Shown piece after piece: positions 1 through 9,900 of a stretch of 64,000 bases of DNA. The notes below the pieces were generated by a model. It was given only the letters and a program-made list of their open reading frames with translations. It was not told the DNA's origin and made no database searches. The position numbers were made by a program, and so were the translations under genes. Positions within the stretch are counted from its first letter, which is position 1. Every line of letters begins with the position of its first letter. The DNA lies in contig CAZTFQ010000007.1 in NCBI GenBank assembly GCA_964613035.1, positions 8,409-72,408 on the forward strand, in the 5' to 3' direction. This stretch comes from an uncultured Christensenellaceae bacterium (lineage in GTDB: Bacteria; Bacillota; Clostridia; Christensenellales; DTU072).

Positions 1-390
1 AATTCCGGCAGAGGCAGAGATTCTAAAAAAGAGCTCCCCAAGCTGATAGAAGACACTTGCGCCTATATCCAGCTCAACGCTCACCTCAACGTCAACGCCA
101 AGGAAGTCGCCAAAAAGCAGGGCTACAGCTACGACTACTTCCGCCATATCTTCAAAAAGTACCGCGGAGAAGGTCTCAAGGAATTTATCACTTCCGCCAG
201 AAAAGCCAAGGTCATCGAGTACCTAGTCAATACCGACAAGAGTATCAAAGAAATCGCCAAGCTGTGCAACTTCGGCGGAGTGCAGGATTTGTCTAAGTGG
301 TTCAAACAAGCCGCGGGAATAAGCCCCTCTCAGTATAGGAAGAAGTATAAACCGACCGAAAACAAGCTTCAGGTGAAATATACCGAGTAA
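1..390 (+). CDS. AraC-family transcriptional regulator, C-terminal double HTH (5'-partial, runs off window start)
   Basis: Frame +1 is open from base 1 to TAA 388-390: ...KLIEDTCAYIQLNAHLNVNAKEVAKKQGYSYDYFRHIFKKYRGEGLKEFITSARKAKVIEYLVNTDKSIKEIAKLCNFGGVQDLSKWFKQAAGISPSQYRKK. This is the AraC/XylS HTH pattern. It is absent from the ORF track because it has no start codon in the window. Confidence 0.9.
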   Translation, partial: NSGRGRDSKKELPKLIEDTCAYIQLNAHLNVNAKEVAKKQGYSYDYFRHIFKKYRGEGLKEFITSARKAKVIEYLVNTDKSIKEIAKLCNFGGVQDLSKWFKQAAGISPSQYRKKYKPTENKLQVKYTE

Positions 391-454
391 AATCGCTCTT
401 TAGTTATATAATATTAAGAGTTTTTAAGTAACTTAATATCCTTGTTCTCAATAT

Positions 455-482
455 AAAAAAGTCGGAAAAATCGGCTTTTTTA
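455..482 (+). terminator. Rho-independent terminator after the AraC gene
   Basis: AAAAAAGTCGG-AAAAA-TCGGCTTTTTT: inverted repeat (with G-U pairs) plus T-tract. Confidence 0.6.
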
Positions 483-515
483 TTTTATAAAAACGGCTCT
501 CTTCGGGGATTGATA

Positions 516-544
516 TTGAAATTGATTTTCGGAAATATTACAAT
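516..544 (+). promoter_or_regulatory. sigma70/sigmaA promoter of locus-1 operon
   Basis: TTGAAA (516-521), 17-nt spacer, TACAAT (539-544). Confidence 0.6.
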
Positions 545-635
545 GGCTATGCCGATACTGTCGAGTAGTATCGGATAGGCCGCCGTCGGAGCGGTCGGTA
601 CAATGAAAAAGCAATCAAAACAAGGAGTGTGTTAA

Positions 636-2534
636 ATGAAAAAGAATTATCTTACCAAGATTCTGGCGCTGATAGTCTTAATCGCGATCTGCGTGGGCGT
701 ACTGTATGCTTGCGACGGCGGTACTTTCAGCGGCAAGACCGAACTTTCTTTCTGGGTATACGGAGACAAGGAAGAATTGGCTCTGTATAAAACGATGACC
801 GACAAATTCAACGAAACGTACGGTGCGGAACACAACATCCATGTCAACGTCTCTCAGAAGCCCGCGGGCGGTTATGCGGATCAGGTTAAGCTGTACGCGA
901 CCTCCAAGTCCGGTCCGGACGTTTTCTTCACCTATGAAGACGTCTTCAAATCTTGGGTCAATATGGGTATCCTTGCCGATATGACGGACGAGCTTAACGC
1001 CGCCGCGGAAAAAATCGACATCAGCGATATCTACGAGACCGTCGTCTCCCGTATGCGTTACAACATCAACACCAATACTTCCAATGCGGACGATCCCCTC
1101 TACGGTCTTCCTCTGGACACCAAGCCCAGCGCGCTCTATTACAACGAGAGCTTCTTTAAGCAACTCGGTATCATCGTAATAAGCGTGGACGAAGAAAACA
1201 TGGACGCCTGGAACAGAGGCGAAATCGCCGACAACAGAGGTCAGTGGAAAAAAGACATTACCAAATTGGCAAACATCACAGTCCCCAAGAAAGGATATTA
1301 CAGAAGCGAAAAGCCCTACGCGGCAAGCGACGACAACTGGAGCGAGTGGTCTGTTCCGGATAAAGACGAAATACTCGTCTTCAACAACAGAATCGCCCTC
1401 AACTGGGACGAACTGGAAGACCTCGCTCGTCTTTTCACTCCCGAGCATAACCCTGCGGCAGCCGCTCTGGTCGGCTCCGACGGATACGGATTTTTCACCG
1501 AGTGGTGGTTTAACTACGGCTGGAGCGTAGGCGGCGACTGCCTGACCGACTTGTCAGGTAGCGGCGACTGGAACTTCTCCCTCCTCGACTACACCGCCAA
1601 CTACATCGTCGCCGACGGCAAGACTTACGTAGGCGTGTACTCCGGCACCACTTATAATGCAGGAGAGACTCTCTCCCTTAACGATAAACTGGCTCTTAGC
1701 AACGGCAAATACGTCGTCGCGGACAACGTAGGCGGTTATCACGAAAAGGATTCCGCTTCCGCAACCCTTACTAACAGCGAACTCGACGGAGAAGGCGCAC
1801 TCGGCATCCGTCAGGCTGTCATCGACGCCGCCGACGAGGGCATCCTCAACGAGCTCCCCTCCACCAGAGAGGCATTCACCAGATATCTGAAACTCGGCGC
1901 GACCGGTAACGCAAATATAGAAGGAGAAGGCGGACTCAACGTTTGCCCCAACCCCAACGTATTCAGCAACCGTACTCGTACCAACTATTTCTATTCCGGC
2001 AAGCTCGCCATGCTGGTAGAATATTCCGCCTATATGTCGGCTATCTCCGAACAGATGGAAGCTCACGGCTGGGAATGGGACGTCGCTCCTCTCGCGGTCT
2101 ATAAGCGATACGAAGATCCCTCCGACCCCGACTGCGACACCGTCGTAGCCAGAGGTAAGGTTGCAGGACAATCCAACTCCAAGGCAATGGTTTCCAGAGA
2201 AAACTCCAAAAACAAAGACGCCGCAGCAGAATTCATGGCGTGGATGGCTAGCCGTCAGGGACAGGCAATCGCCGCGGAAAACGGTTTCTTCACCAATCAG
2301 CTCGACCTCGTCAAAGACATCAAGTTCAAGGGCTACGCTCCCAAGAACGTTAAAGTCTTCGGAGAAGCGATGAGCTTCGAGGGCCCCGGCGACTGGTGGT
2401 ATATGAAGGACTACGAATGGATCAACATCTGGGCTATACCGCTCAATTCCAACGTCCGTAACGGTAATATGACCTATAACGATTGGAAAAAAGACGCAAT
2501 CAAAGATACCAACAACAGATTGCTCTCATACTAG
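636..2534 (+). CDS. Sugar ABC transporter substrate-binding lipoprotein (family 1-like, oversized at 632 aa)
   Basis: Signal peptide with lipobox LYAC. SBP motifs ELSFWVYG, GPDVFF, LYGLPLD..SALYYN, GKLAM, WDVAPL, AAAEFMAWM. Directly upstream of two permeases; RBS AAGGAG. Confidence 0.9.
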   Translation: MKKNYLTKILALIVLIAICVGVLYACDGGTFSGKTELSFWVYGDKEELALYKTMTDKFNETYGAEHNIHVNVSQKPAGGYADQVKLYATSKSGPDVFFTYEDVFKSWVNMGILADMTDELNAAAEKIDISDIYETVVSRMRYNINTNTSNADDPLYGLPLDTKPSALYYNESFFKQLGIIVISVDEENMDAWNRGEIADNRGQWKKDITKLANITVPKKGYYRSEKPYAASDDNWSEWSVPDKDEILVFNNRIALNWDELEDLARLFTPEHNPAAAALVGSDGYGFFTEWWFNYGWSVGGDCLTDLSGSGDWNFSLLDYTANYIVADGKTYVGVYSGTTYNAGETLSLNDKLALSNGKYVVADNVGGYHEKDSASATLTNSELDGEGALGIRQAVIDAADEGILNELPSTREAFTRYLKLGATGNANIEGEGGLNVCPNPNVFSNRTRTNYFYSGKLAMLVEYSAYMSAISEQMEAHGWEWDVAPLAVYKRYEDPSDPDCDTVVARGKVAGQSNSKAMVSRENSKNKDAAAEFMAWMASRQGQAIAAENGFFTNQLDLVKDIKFKGYAPKNVKVFGEAMSFEGPGDWWYMKDYEWINIWAIPLNSNVRNGNMTYNDWKKDAIKDTNNRLLSY

Positions 2535-2591
2535 AATTAACAACTATTCTGAAAAAGTGCCAACTAGCGCATAACTATAAGAGGAACTAAA

Positions 2592-3731
2592 ATGTATTTA
2601 CTGATAGGAATATTCGTCGCGTTGCATTTGTTGTCGGTCTTCATCAACTGGGACGAGGCAGAGAAAAACGGCGATAAAAAGATACTCTGGATGTTACTCG
2701 GACTCGTCTTCGGGATGTTCAGCGTAATCGCGTATAAAATCATGATGCTGGCGAGGAAGAAGAAAAACGCTCCTCGCCTCGCCGGCAGAAGCAGAAAGAA
2801 ACTGACCCGCGAGGCTCTCAAAGAGGACCTGACGGGTACCGCCATGGCGTCTCTTCCTTTCATCGGCTTCTTATGCTTCGTACTTATTCCTACGGCGATA
2901 TCCCTCGTAATGAGCTTATTCGAACTGCATTCTTACGATATTTCCAAGGCGACTTTCGTAGGATTTCAGAATTTCAATACTTTAATTTTCGAAGAACCTT
3001 CCGGGAGCAAATACGTCCCGGAAATGGTCAATAAAGCTTTCGTCAACACTCTGACGTACTGTATCAGCGTGCCGCTCAGAATAGTGGTGACCGTATTCAT
3101 CGCCAATCTTATGGCTAAGCCTATCCGCAAGTGCGTCAGCGCGCCCGTCAGAATAATATTGTTTCTCCCGTCGCTGTGCTCTTCCGTAGGCGTCACTCTG
3201 ATGTGGCAGTGGATACTCCAAGCCGACTACGGCGTCATCAACGTCGTCCTCGGCGCGCTGGGACTTAAAAAGGTCAACTTCATGGGCGACCCCGACTGGT
3301 TCTGGTTCAGCGTTAACTTGATGGTGCTGTGGATGAGAGCGACCAATATAGTCAATCTTCAGGCGGCTCTCGCCAACGTCTCCGAGAGCTCCATCGAGGC
3401 GGCTAAGATAGACGGCGCGTCCAAGAGACAGATCTTCTGGAAGATTACCTTGCCGTCCATTACGCCAACGCTCTTCTACGTGGTTACTATGGACCTCATC
3501 GCCGCTCTCCAGGAGTCCGGTATAATGCAATTCGTTACGACCAACGGCGTCGGTCCCGACTTCAAGGCGGTCACGTTGAGTTACTACGTATATCGTATGG
3601 CGTTCACCTCTATAGCGACGGACGGTCTGGGACTGGGCTGCGCGCTGGCACTGATGATGGCTATATTCATCATTACTCTTAACAAGCTCAACTTCCGTCT
3701 GGGCGACAGATGGGTCAGCTACGACGTATAA
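2592..3731 (+). CDS. Carbohydrate ABC transporter permease (MalF/UgpA-like) with extra N-terminal hydrophobic hairpin
   Basis: EAA loop EAAKIDGASKRQIFWKITLPSITP, FVGFQNF motif, multiple TM helices. Confidence 0.92.
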   Translation: MYLLIGIFVALHLLSVFINWDEAEKNGDKKILWMLLGLVFGMFSVIAYKIMMLARKKKNAPRLAGRSRKKLTREALKEDLTGTAMASLPFIGFLCFVLIPTAISLVMSLFELHSYDISKATFVGFQNFNTLIFEEPSGSKYVPEMVNKAFVNTLTYCISVPLRIVVTVFIANLMAKPIRKCVSAPVRIILFLPSLCSSVGVTLMWQWILQADYGVINVVLGALGLKKVNFMGDPDWFWFSVNLMVLWMRATNIVNLQAALANVSESSIEAAKIDGASKRQIFWKITLPSITPTLFYVVTMDLIAALQESGIMQFVTTNGVGPDFKAVTLSYYVYRMAFTSIATDGLGLGCALALMMAIFIITLNKLNFRLGDRWVSYDV

Positions 3732-3741
3732 GGAGAGTACC

Positions 3742-4767
3742 ATGAACGCAAAAGTAAAAGCAGTATTCAGTACAATCTCCTCAAAACTGAAATGCGCCCT
3801 CGTCGCGACGGGCGAATTTCTGCTGAAAGTCAAAACCAAAGTCGTAGGATTGCTTAAAAAAGATAAAAATCAATTCTCGCCGGAAGAGCTCCATAAGCAC
3901 GGCAGAGTATCTATGAGAAGGAAGCATAAGCTCAACGCGGCTTCTCCTATGGACTATATTCTCGCTATCCTTATAGGTCTCATCGTACTGGCTCCGTTCT
4001 ATATATTGATTATTACGTCCCTTATGACCGAGCAGGAATCCAACTACGCGGAGTTCCACTGGTGGCCTCAGATGGGCGCTACCCTCAAGTCGTATTACGA
4101 AGTACTCTTCACCAGTACGGGCGACGCGTCGGTCCTTTCGGGACTGATGAACACCTTCCTTATATACATCCCCGCCGTTACGGTAGGAATTCTTTCTTCC
4201 GCCATGGCGGCGTACGCCTTCGCCAAGATAAGGTTCAGAGCGTCCAAGTTTATGTTCAGCGTATTGATGTTCACGATGATGTTCCCCAACGTCATGAACA
4301 TGGTCGCGTCCTTCCTTATATTCGATACCATCGGCTGGATTAACACGCCTCTGCCGTTGATGATACCCGAGATGCTCGGTAACGTCAGCGCGATGTTCTT
4401 CTTCCGACAATATTTCCTGTCCGTACCGGACGTTATGATAAGTGCCGCCAAGGTAGACGGCGCGGGGCAGTTCAGAATATTCACTCAGATAGCCCTGCCT
4501 ATAGCCAAGCCGGTCCTTCTCGCTCAATGGATATTCAGATTCATGGCAGGTTACAACGACTACATGAATCCGCTCATTTATTTGCAGGACGCCAGGATGT
4601 ACACCGTCCAGCTGTCTCTTGCATTCTTCGTCGACCCCTATACGCAGAACTGGCCTCTACGTATGGCGGGCGTCGTCGTATCGCTCATCCCGATGCTCAT
4701 CATATATGCCTTCGCCCAAAAATACATAACCCAGGGGATGGCTATCACGTCGGGTCTTAAGGACTGA
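3742..4767 (+). CDS. Carbohydrate ABC transporter permease (MalG/UgpE-like)
   Basis: AYAFAKIRF, SAAKVDGAGQFRIFTQIALPIAKP, NDYMNPLIYL; C-terminal QKYITQGMA..GLK. Confidence 0.93.
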   Translation: MNAKVKAVFSTISSKLKCALVATGEFLLKVKTKVVGLLKKDKNQFSPEELHKHGRVSMRRKHKLNAASPMDYILAILIGLIVLAPFYILIITSLMTEQESNYAEFHWWPQMGATLKSYYEVLFTSTGDASVLSGLMNTFLIYIPAVTVGILSSAMAAYAFAKIRFRASKFMFSVLMFTMMFPNVMNMVASFLIFDTIGWINTPLPLMIPEMLGNVSAMFFFRQYFLSVPDVMISAAKVDGAGQFRIFTQIALPIAKPVLLAQWIFRFMAGYNDYMNPLIYLQDARMYTVQLSLAFFVDPYTQNWPLRMAGVVVSLIPMLIIYAFAQKYITQGMAITSGLKD

Positions 4768-4836
4768 TATATAATATTACGTTTTCTAATACTTCCCGGG
4801 GGGTATTGAAGATAATACACCACAAGGAGGCTATTT

Positions 4837-6987
4837 ATGAAAAAACTCAAAACGTTATCGATAATTATCGTATGTGCGATATGCGTCCTGACGATGATCG
4901 TTGTCGCCGGTTGCGACGACAGTGACGGTTATGTGAAGGGTTTCGCGCTGGCGCACTACGATGCCGCCGCGGAAGACGGCGCGCTGGACAGCAAGTATTT
5001 TTATCGTAACGACCTCAACGTAATCGGAGGCGACGCGGATATAGAATACGTGCCGATCGAGCGCGATCCCGTATATGGCGGATATTATTATCTGTACACT
5101 TCCGACAACGTTGCCAACAGTATCAACGACTATTGGAAAGAAGGTCAACCTCACACGGCTACTACGAGAGAAGAAGCCGGCTTGAATCTCGAGTACAGAC
5201 TCGTCACGACGTGCCTTCGTTCCAAGGACCTCAACGATTGGGAACTGTGTGGCGGCGTGGACGGAGAATTCGCCGTGTATCTGGAAGCCGACAGCTGGAT
5301 CGAGAGACACTGCTGGGCACCGGAAGTCATCTACGACGAGAAGACCGAGAAGTATTATATGTACTTCAATGCCATGAGTTACGACAACTTCGACGCAATC
5401 GACGAAGAAACTCAATACGGCAACCGTTCAGAGTTTTATTACGATACGTTCTATATGTGCATAATGGAATCCGATACCCCCGTCGGACCCTTCAAGCAGG
5501 TAGAGAGCGAGTCTTATTACGCGGGGCTCGAGTACGACGATATGAACGACGCCCAAAAGGCGACCTACGACGAGACCGGAAAACTCAGCAACCTTAACGG
5601 AAAAATTTTAACTCACCGCAATCCTTCGGTGAACTTCACTTACGACCTCGGAGTAGAGGGAGAAGTTTTCTCCGTTATCGACTTCAGTCCTTTCTTCGAC
5701 GACGACGGCACTCTGTATATGTCGTTTGTCCGTCATATCTCCGGCGGCCACGACCACAACTGTCTGTGGATAATGAGGATGAAGGACATGGTTACGCCCG
5801 ATTTCGATACGCTGACCTTGGTAGGAAAATGTAATTACGAATACGTAACCGACGAGAACGTAGGCGATACCGCTTCCGAGAGAATCGACGAGTCCGCCTA
5901 TACGCTTCACAATTGTTTTGCCATCCCCTCGACCGCGGACTACGCGCAGGACGTCAAAGCCACTCTGGAGTCTACCGCGATATCGGAGGACGGATACTAT
6001 CACATTCAGGGTGAAGACGGCGTAGAGCAGTGGGAGAAGAAAGGCGACACTTGGAACAAAGTCGGCTGGTCCAACGAAGGGACCGTCAACGAAGGACCTC
6101 ATATGTGGAAAGTCGGCGACAGGTATCTGTATATGTATTCCCCCAGAGGATATTCCGACCAGAATTACGACGCCTCTCAGGCATACAGCGACGACGGACC
6201 GCTCGGACCGTATCACAAGCTGCCCTCCATGCCCGGCGCCGTTATGAGCAGAGGTTTCAACGACTACGTCAATCAACATATGTCCGGTACGGGTCACCAC
6301 GCCATAGTGGAAGTGGAAGGCGAGTTGTACTGCATTTACTACGCGCACTCGAATCCCTTCGACGGTTCCAGCTCGACCTATGACGGCAGATTCTATGCCT
6401 TCGACAAGCTGGTAGTGATAGAAGACGCGACTTACGGCAAGCTGCTCGCAGGTCTCGGACCCACACAGACCGTCCAAGCCAAGCCCGCTTCTTATACGGG
6501 ACTGCACAACGTCGCGCCCAAGGCAACCGTCAGCGCGACCAACTGCGACAAAGATACCCTCAAGTATCTCAACGACGATTTCTTCGTGTGTCACGAATAT
6601 TTCGCCGACAGAGAATTCGTTGCCAACGGCAAGACGACCATCACGATGAAGTTCGACACGCCGGTAGCGATTTCCGCAATAATGATTTACAACACCCTCG
6701 ACTATCAATCGGCGTTTTCTAAGATAGACTCAATTCAGTTTACTCTGTCGGAAGCCGCCGCTTGGATGGACGACGCGCATAAAGAGCTCAGAGATTGCTA
6801 TATCGAAAACGTCGGTTTCAGCTCCGACTACGTCGATACCGAGATGCGCAAGATAAGCACGGGCGCGGCATCGGTCGTTTCGTTCAACGAAATAACCGTC
6901 AGCGAAATCAAAATCACGATTTCCGCTAAGATAAGCGACACTTCCGAGACCATCAAAGTCTCCGATATCGTAGTGCTGGGTAAATAG
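4837..6987 (+). CDS. GH43-family glycoside hydrolase lipoprotein with C-terminal beta-sandwich module
   Basis: Lipobox VAGC. Five-bladed propeller motifs WAPEVIYD..YYMYF, SDTPVGPF, VIDFSPFFDDDG, NEGP, GTGHHAIV, YCIYYAH. The C-terminal ~150 aa (NVAPKATVSAT...ISAIMIYN) resembles a discoidin/CBM32-like domain. Confidence 0.8.
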   Translation: MKKLKTLSIIIVCAICVLTMIVVAGCDDSDGYVKGFALAHYDAAAEDGALDSKYFYRNDLNVIGGDADIEYVPIERDPVYGGYYYLYTSDNVANSINDYWKEGQPHTATTREEAGLNLEYRLVTTCLRSKDLNDWELCGGVDGEFAVYLEADSWIERHCWAPEVIYDEKTEKYYMYFNAMSYDNFDAIDEETQYGNRSEFYYDTFYMCIMESDTPVGPFKQVESESYYAGLEYDDMNDAQKATYDETGKLSNLNGKILTHRNPSVNFTYDLGVEGEVFSVIDFSPFFDDDGTLYMSFVRHISGGHDHNCLWIMRMKDMVTPDFDTLTLVGKCNYEYVTDENVGDTASERIDESAYTLHNCFAIPSTADYAQDVKATLESTAISEDGYYHIQGEDGVEQWEKKGDTWNKVGWSNEGTVNEGPHMWKVGDRYLYMYSPRGYSDQNYDASQAYSDDGPLGPYHKLPSMPGAVMSRGFNDYVNQHMSGTGHHAIVEVEGELYCIYYAHSNPFDGSSSTYDGRFYAFDKLVVIEDATYGKLLAGLGPTQTVQAKPASYTGLHNVAPKATVSATNCDKDTLKYLNDDFFVCHEYFADREFVANGKTTITMKFDTPVAISAIMIYNTLDYQSAFSKIDSIQFTLSEAAAWMDDAHKELRDCYIENVGFSSDYVDTEMRKISTGAASVVSFNEITVSEIKITISAKISDTSETIKVSDIVVLGK

Positions 6988-6998
6988 GGGTGAATAAT

Positions 6999-9900
6999 AT
7001 GAAAAAAATAGGTAATAGATTATTTTTCGTAATAGCCGTTATACTGGTGGTAGCGTTCGCGATAGTCTGTTTCGCAGGCTGCAACGACGACCCCGATGCC
7101 GGCAAAGTAGAATATGACAACGAGTACGAATGGGAGTACGACCGCGAGTTTCAGGGAGAACCCGACGAGGGTATGAACATAGACGGCGTGCTGGACGAGG
7201 ACGTATGGAAAGACAGTAATCGTAAATGGTTGACTTTCTCCGAAAAGGGCGCCACAGTCTCGTACACTTCTTACTTCACGCAGAAGGGTCTCTATCTGGC
7301 TTCGACCGTAACCGACCCCAATCTGACTTGGACCGCGCGTCTCAATTTCAACGACGCCACGGCTCTCAACTCCGCGTTTTGCTATCTGATTACGTCGGAA
7401 AACGTCGAGACGCTCCAGATGTTCACTCTGTACAGATTCGCTTTCGACAGTAAGAACAAAGCGTCCCGCGAGCAGACTCCTTTCGCGGCAAAAGCCGTCA
7501 CCGACGGAGATATAGAAGCAGGTGAAGCGACCGTGATGACGGGTGAGTTTTTTGCGACTTGGGACGACCTCAATATGGAAGTCAGCGAAGAGACCGGCAT
7601 GCCTAATCTGGTCAACGTCATTCCCAAGTACAGAGTAGTGGTCGATACTGACGACAATACCGCCAACAAATGGATTATGCCGCTCTTCGCGGAAGAATAC
7701 AGACTACATTGTTATTCTCGTTTTAACGAGAACGGTTACATGAACGTCGACGCGGAAGACGCCGTATGGGGCAACGCCGCCAACGGTATTTCCAAGTCCG
7801 ACGGCTGGTCGATATCCGAAGACGATCCCACCGTCGTTACGTCCGATAAGGCTCACAGCCAAGGTATCTTCTTGACCGACAAGCGTTCCGACAGATATAT
7901 CTACAGCGTCGATATGCAACTGGTCGACGGAATAGCCGGCGTAGACGGCTCCGACGGTATTTTCCGTGCGGGTATCGCCACGATGTGCGAGAACAGTAAC
8001 GATTTCACTACGCTCCTCGTCGAAGGAAAAGGTCTCGAGAACAATCAGCTCAGAATGTATCGCCTGAAAATCGGTCCTTGGGAATATACCAATGCCGTCA
8101 ATCAGAAGCTTTCTTCCGAGTATAATTTCGAAGAGAGAAACCAAACAGTCACTCTTAAAGTTATAAAAGACGGCGCCAATTTCTACTACTTCGCGGAAGG
8201 CGAGCTGATATACTTCAATACGGAAGAAGACCTCGCGGGCGAGTGCTGCCCCGGCGTATATACGCTGAGCACCGAGGCGACTTTCTCCAATCCTCAATTC
8301 ACGGACTTCTCCGACAACGCGGAAGAACTCCGCAGAATGATTAGCGAATACGTCTATCTGATCGACGCTCCCGCAAGCATATCCGGCGGAAAGGTAGAAG
8401 TAGACAACACCGCTATCGACAAAAACGATACCAATAAGACCGTTACTATTACGATTAAACCCAACAACGGCTACGTTTTGAGTTCCTTCACCGTCAACGA
8501 CGAAGATAAGTTCGATTACGTGGTCGAGAATATCGACAACGGTCTGTTGACTCTGGAAGTCGACGAGAGTATCGCTATCGATGCTGAATTCACGCGTTTT
8601 GACAGAGGCAACGAAGTCGTCAAGATCCGCGGTACCGTCTATTCCAGCAACGGAACGGGAGTCCTCGGCGGAGCCAAAATCAAAGCGTACGATTTAAGCA
8701 ATCCTCTCTTCTGCTACGATATGGGTACCAACACCCAGGGCAGATTCGAGCTGTCTTTCCTTAAGCCTCAAGATTCCGCTTACGTGATCGGCGACAAAGA
8801 ATACGTCGTCGGTTCCGAGTACGTAGTCATGGTCAGCTTCGAAGACGGCGGATTCCCCGTTGTCAAGAATTTCAGTGCAAATTCGGCGGACGCCAACGGT
8901 ATCATCGAGTATAGTTTTAACACAGAAAGCACCTACGATATAGTCGGCGACAAGCCCGCGTATGAAGAATTCAATATGGACGGCTCGTACACCGCGACCG
9001 CCACTGCAATCGACAATACGGCGATCTTCATCAATAATTCATCGGAAATTCAAGGTAAAAACTGGACCGCTTCCGTCAACGTCAGGACTTCTACCATGAC
9101 CATCTGGCAGGTATACGGCGTTGCAGTCAAATACGCCGACGGACAATATATGATTCTCGGTCCCTCTCAGAGAGGTTCTGCAAGCTGGGTACAGGTAATA
9201 CCCGTCGTTAACGGCAGTCACAAAGGATTCTACGATGCGACCAATAGCGATATGTCCGCAGTAATCGCTTCCTATACGGACGAAGAGAACCTCAACGTCA
9301 AAGTAACGTACTATGAATCCGAGTATTACGTATACCTCAACGACGTCCTCTTCCGTATATTCAGTGCGGCAGAGCTCGGAGTGGGAGAATACGGCGAGCC
9401 GATAGAAGTCGGCTTCGGTTTCAGACTGGACGACAGTCTGCCTAAGAGCGTCACGCTCTCCGATTGGGGATACGAAATAGACGTAGAGGCGCCCGTAGTG
9501 CCCGCAGGCAACAGTCTCGAGCTGATGGGTATTATGCCTGCGTCTCAACAGTTTAACGATGACGGTTCTTACACCGCGACCGCCGAGGCAATTACAACTA
9601 CGGCACTTTTGATTAAAGATTCCGCAGAAATAGCCGGCAAGAGCTGGACGGCTTCCGTCAACATCAAGACTTCAACCATGACCATTTGGCAGGTGTTCGG
9701 CGTCGCAGTCAAATACTCTAACGGCGACTACGCCATCATCGGACCTTCTCAGAGAGGTTCTGCAGGCTGGACCCAGATAATACCCGTTGTCAACGGCATT
9801 CATAAGGGATTCTACGATTCTACCAATATCAATATGACGGGCGTGCTCGGTTCCTATTTAGCTCAAGAAAACCTCAGCGTAAAAGTGACCTACTACGGAG

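Noticed and set aside
57-296. 79-aa track ORF
   Set aside because: It is an out-of-frame shadow of the 5'-partial AraC gene in frame +1.
5608-6708. Long antisense ORFs (also 678-1448, 2982-3839, 10041-10811, 53053-54156, 59217-59942)
   Set aside because: They lie fully opposite well-supported genes, have no recognisable motifs, and are expected from the codon bias of the sense strand.
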